Positions 59,771-64,000 of a DNA stretch of 64,000 bases are shown in pieces (position 1 is the stretch's first letter; every line of letters starts with the position of its first letter). Origin of the DNA: Piromyces finnis finn (lineage: Eukaryota; Fungi; Neocallimastigomycota). The notes beneath the pieces were generated by a model, which saw only the letters and a program-made list of their open reading frames with translations, searched no databases and had not been told where the DNA came from. Location: NCBI GenBank assembly GCA_002104945.1, contig MCFH01000031.1, forward strand, positions 546,028 to 610,027. Reading direction: 5' to 3'. The translations under genes and the position numbers were made by a program.

Positions 59771-60955
59771 TTATTCTTCAAACTCTGGTTCATCGTTGGT
59801 CCAAAGGTTTAAAGATTCCTTAGCATCAGTTACAATTTCTCTTAAAGTTTCTTGTCCCTTAAATTCTGGTTTTTCAGAATCTACTGGAATAAAACCAAGT
59901 GGAATTTGATTGGCAGCATGTTTTCCAAAAGTAGCAATAATATCCAACTTTTGTGCTAATTCCTTTAAAGAATCAAATTGTTTAACATAAGATTTACGAA
60001 GTTTTTCTCTTACAAAAGCATCATGTTCATTTGATTTGACTTCATATTCTTTTTTAGCTTTTGAATAATTTTCTTCAACAATTTCAAGGGTACTTTTTTC
60101 CTTTACAAAATTTTCATCAAGTTTTTGGGATAATTCTTTTAAATTACTCTTTAAAGCTTTCAAGTTCTTTTCACTCTACAAACATAAAAACGAAGAAAAA
60201 ATAAAACATATTATTTAGATATGGCATTTCTTTTATTTTTTGATTTTTAATAATTCTATATACAAGATAAACAAGGTTTATTATAATATAAAACACTTAC
60301 TGCTTTAATTTCTTTAAATTCACCAACTTGTGTATTAATAGACTCTAACAGTATGGAAATAAATATTGATAACAAATATTTAATAAATAATTATTTTTTT
60401 TAAAAAAAATCTTTTAAATATTTTTTTAAACTTACTAATATAGTTATCTAATAATTTTCTAGCTTCAACATTAAGTTCAGCAATAGCCTAATATATATAT
60501 TTTAATAATATTATTATTTTTTGTTTAATATAATGTGATATGATTTATATCTCGTTACTTACATCGACAGTACAAGAAACATCATCACCATTAATCTTTG
60601 CCCAATCTTTTAAAGTATCAGTTGCTAAATATATATATTATTTAAATAAATGATGAATAAAAATATTTATATTTTTTTTTATTTTTCATTTATCCTATAT
60701 TATAATAGAAAATATATACAAATTGAAAAGTCCTTTCCAAATTGTCTTAAAGATTCGGCCTCAGTTTTTTTATCGGTAATAAGAGTACCAATTTTCTTTT
60801 TTGGATCAAGTGGTTTCTACGAATAAATACAATAAATTTAAATAATTATTAATATATATATTTTAAATATATAGAGATATGTAGTTTTATTTTTTTTTTT
60901 TTTTCATTGTTGACATACTCCAAATTTACGATCAAGCTTGTTGAATAAACTCATT
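59771..60955 (-). CDS. PIL1: Eisosome BAR-domain protein, Pil1/Lsp1 family
   Basis: Six exons (60955-60919, 60816-60720, 60624-60563, 60487-60436, 60344-60301, 60175-59771). WAKINGDDVSCTVD and REKLRKSYVKQFDSLKELAQKLDIIATFGK..EFKGQETLREIVTDAKESLNLW align with yeast Pil1 WGLENDDDVSDITD and RSKLRAAFNYQFDSIIEHSEKIALIAGYGK..AYDGYEASKQIIIDAESALNEW. Confidence 0.85.
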
Positions 60956-62461
60956 TTTTTTTATTTTATCTTTTTGTTTATTTATACTTTAAAAATAGTT
61001 GTTTATTTATATAATGTTTTTTTTTTTAAAAATTTATTTATTTTTATAAGAAATAATAAATATTTATTTATTTATTTGTTCTTTTTTTTTTTTTTTTTTT
61101 AATTTTATTAAATGCTTTGTTATTGTTGTTTTGTTGTTTGTTTGTTTATTATTTATTTTACAAAAAGAAAAAGTGACTGAAAAGCGACAAAAATTGTCTT
61201 TTTATATTTTTTGAAAAAAATGAAATACAATATAATTGAATATATTTAAATTAAATTATTCCAATATATTAAAAAGATAATTTAAATTAAAAAATTTTAT
61301 ATTTCTTAATATGGTATAGGGATGGCAGTATCATCCAATTAATTAAACTATGATCAAGAATAAAAGATATATGATATATATACAATGTTTAAATCACCTA
61401 TCTCTATAACCCATTACAAAAGATATTTAAATTCATAATAAGCTATTATGAATTGGTATTATAAATAACTATCCATTTTTTTTATTATGTATCAAAGTAA
61501 AAAGGAGAATGAATTGTCATTGCCATTGAAAAAAAAATAATGTGACATGAATTTATTATTTTAAAAAGTTTCATACTACTAAAATTTTATTGGTTATTTT
61601 ATAAAATTAAATCAATTGAACAATAGAAATGAAATATATTAATTATATATTATAATTACATTAAAATAATATATAAATACATTTTAAATCAAAAAAAGTT
61701 TAACTATTTTAAACGACAGCTTAAGAAAATTCTAAGTAAAAGAAATAGAGTGTTGAAAGCTATCAAAAAAAAAAAAAAAAGTAAAAAATAAGAATAGCCT
61801 AGATAATTATAATATTTTAAATAGGAACTATATATAAATTATTTGAATTATATATGAATTAATAATGGTGTATTGATCCTAGGCATCTATAATAAAAATC
61901 TAAAATAGGAATAGATAATATATATTTTTAATTACTTAAAAAAAAAAAATAATCGAGTTTATTTTTATTATAATAAATAAATAAATGTTTATAGGATTAA
62001 GAATGTTCTATTCATTTAATTTTTTTTTTGTGGAATATTTATATTTGAAACTAAAAAAAAAAAAAGGTGTAATAAAAGTAGTATTTGGAAATTAAAAAAA
62101 AAAAAAAAAAAAAAAAACCTTTTATTTTAAATTCATTCTTTAAAAAAAAAATTATATTCTATAAATCTTTTTTTTTTTAAAAAAAAAAGTTGTTCCTTTT
62201 TCATTCATTTTATTATAAAATGAATGACCCATTATATACTGTACTATGTCATTACTGTTTACATCTGTATAATTCCCCCTTTAATAATCAATACATAAAA
62301 TTTATTAAGAATTTAAAAAATTATATATTTTCCTTTTTTTTTTTTTCCATTTCTCTTGCTTTTTCTTTAGATACTATAGGTACAATAAATATCATAGGAA
62401 ATAGACATATAATAAATATTAAAGAATTTTTTTTTTTTATTTTAAATACAAGTAATGCTTT

Positions 62462-62576
62462 TAACATCAGGATATACAACGTTAATAAATATTGAAAATG
62501 AGTTGATACCATGAAATGGATATTCTTATTTTTACACGTCTAACAGCCGATAAAATGAATACGAACAATCATGTTA
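62462..62576 (-). ncRNA. Candidate box C/D snoRNA in an intron of a non-coding host transcript
   Basis: Minus strand reads AAG|GTAAG-TAACA-TGATT...CTGA-TGTTA: box C variant and box D closed by a 5-bp terminal stem, just inside a donor at 62581. A plausible acceptor (CTATAG) lies near 62378. The flanking 30-nt exon has stops in all three frames. No guide target was identified. Confidence 0.5.
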
Positions 62577-63492
62577 CTTACCTTGATATCACCTACCCTG
62601 TACCTCTTTTACTAATACCCAATTAAAATATAGAATTTTGAAAATAAAAAAGATTTTACAACATAAAATTTGCAAAATATATAGACAACATCTCTTCTTA
62701 GTAAAACTACACGAAAAACACTAAACAATAATGACTTATTATTGAGTTTTTTTTTTTTTTAATTTTGTTTTTATTTTTAAAGGTATATGGTATATAATAA
62801 TAAATTAATAAATTTATTTGACTTTTAAAAATTATTGGTTTAAAATTATGTAAATATAAAAAATAAAGATGCCTAAAAGATAATAACTTTATCTAATAAT
62901 GGTGAAATAAAATTGATTCATTTTAATAATAATGGTAGGGTTACTATTGCTATTATTATTGTTGTTGTTGTTGTTGTTATTGATAATGTAAATGCGTGTC
63001 TAATTTATAATTATTTTTTTTTTTTTAAAAAAAAAAAATAAAATAAATACTATTCATGGGTATTTTAATAAGTATGAAATTTTTAATTTATTACTATAAC
63101 TATTCTAGACTATTATTTTTATATAAAATATACTTTAAAAAAACCTATTCATTATAATAATAATTGGATTAGTTTTTTTTTCAATATATTATATATATAT
63201 ATTAAACTAAAATGACTTCTAAAAATAAAATTGAATAAATTGGATATTTGCTATTATTTCGTAAAAAAGACTATTATTATTATATTAGGATAATGATGTA
63301 AATGGTATATAATATAATATCTATTTTTTTTTCAACTATAATTTATTGCTAATAAATAAATATATGGTATATTAAATAGTAGATAAATAAAAAATAAATA
63401 AAAAAAATTCAAGAATAAATAAATGCAATATATACAATTTATTTTTTAAAAAAAAAAAATTGTTTTTCACGATTTGAAAATCAACTTCAAAT

Positions 63493-64000
63493 CTAATATT
63501 CAAAACCCCAGATTTCACAACCATAACATTCAAATTCATTATCTTCCGTTAAAAGTTCATTTTTAAAGGTATCACAAACAGAAGAATAACCAAATTGAAT
63601 ATCTTCATCCAAGAATAAGCCAAAATTGCCATTACCACCACCCATAGCAATATAGGTTGGATCAGCGATCATAAAATATTGATTGATATTTGTTGAACTA
63701 AATTTTTTAAATTGATATTTGTTTGCCTTCCAAAGGAAACATTCTGGAGTACCAAAGAAACCTTTATTAGAAGGATTAAATGGTTCAGAGATAAAAGCAC
63801 CAAAAACTTCATTTTCAGAATTCTTTAATACCATAATACATGGACCTTGATCTTCAATTAAACGATACATAGTACTTAATCTAGCACCATGTTGATCCAT
63901 ACTATATAACAAATTCCAAGTTGTAGCTTCTTGTAAAAGGTTTGGTAATCTACTACGAATAATTTCTGCTAAATATTCTGTTAAAATTGGTAATGTTTCA
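63493..64000 (-). CDS. OXR1: TLDc-domain protein (oxidation resistance protein 1 family), 3' part
   Basis: IRSRLP..WNLLYSMDQHGARLSTMY..PCIMVLK..VFGAFISEPF..FFGTPECFLW..YIAMGGGNGNFGLFLDED..GYSSVCDTFKNELL..FECYGCEIWGF; runs off the window end. Confidence 0.9.
   Translation of the reverse strand, partial: ETLPILTEYLAEIIRSRLPNLLQEATTWNLLYSMDQHGARLSTMYRLIEDQGPCIMVLKNSENEVFGAFISEPFNPSNKGFFGTPECFLWKANKYQFKKFSSTNINQYFMIADPTYIAMGGGNGNFGLFLDEDIQFGYSSVCDTFKNELLTEDNEFECYGCEIWGFEY

Noticed and set aside
61430-61454. Perfect 11-bp hairpin AATTCATAATA-AGC-TATTATGAATT as a Helitron 3' end
   Set aside because: Almost pure A/T, with no downstream CTRR terminus or 5' TC partner.

Overview
Very AT-rich, intron-rich eukaryotic DNA. 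The fungal gene set (Zn2Cys6-PAS factor, Pil1/Lsp1) together with HAUS6, an RBM33-like protein and long Asn/Gln tracts suggests an anaerobic gut fungus (Neocallimastigomycota); this is an inference. Genes in order: 3' part of WDR24/Sea2 (GATOR2) with an apparent ~630-aa Asn/Ser-rich tail after its normally terminal RING; an RBM33-like RRM protein; an AcuM/Rds2-type Zn2Cys6-PAS factor; ASH2; MAU2/Scc4 with a ~650-aa Gln-rich N-terminal extension; a small type-I membrane protein; a 112-aa orphan; an F-box/ankyrin protein; HAUS6; a near full-length single-ORF non-LTR retrotransposon (APE-RT-Cys/His knuckle) broken by one +1 frameshift and one in-frame TAG; a MEF2-type MADS-box gene; TOP2; Pil1/Lsp1; a candidate intronic C/D snoRNA; and the 3' part of an OXR1/TLDc gene. 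The most unusual signal is the ~530-bp block upstream of the retrotransposon ORF. It holds duplicated hairpin modules with different self-pairing spacers, further motif pairs and a perfect splice donor, and may be an undescribed structured RNA or monomeric promoter. All gene models were spliced by eye and family calls come from remembered motifs, not database searches. No tRNA, rRNA or CRISPR array was seen.
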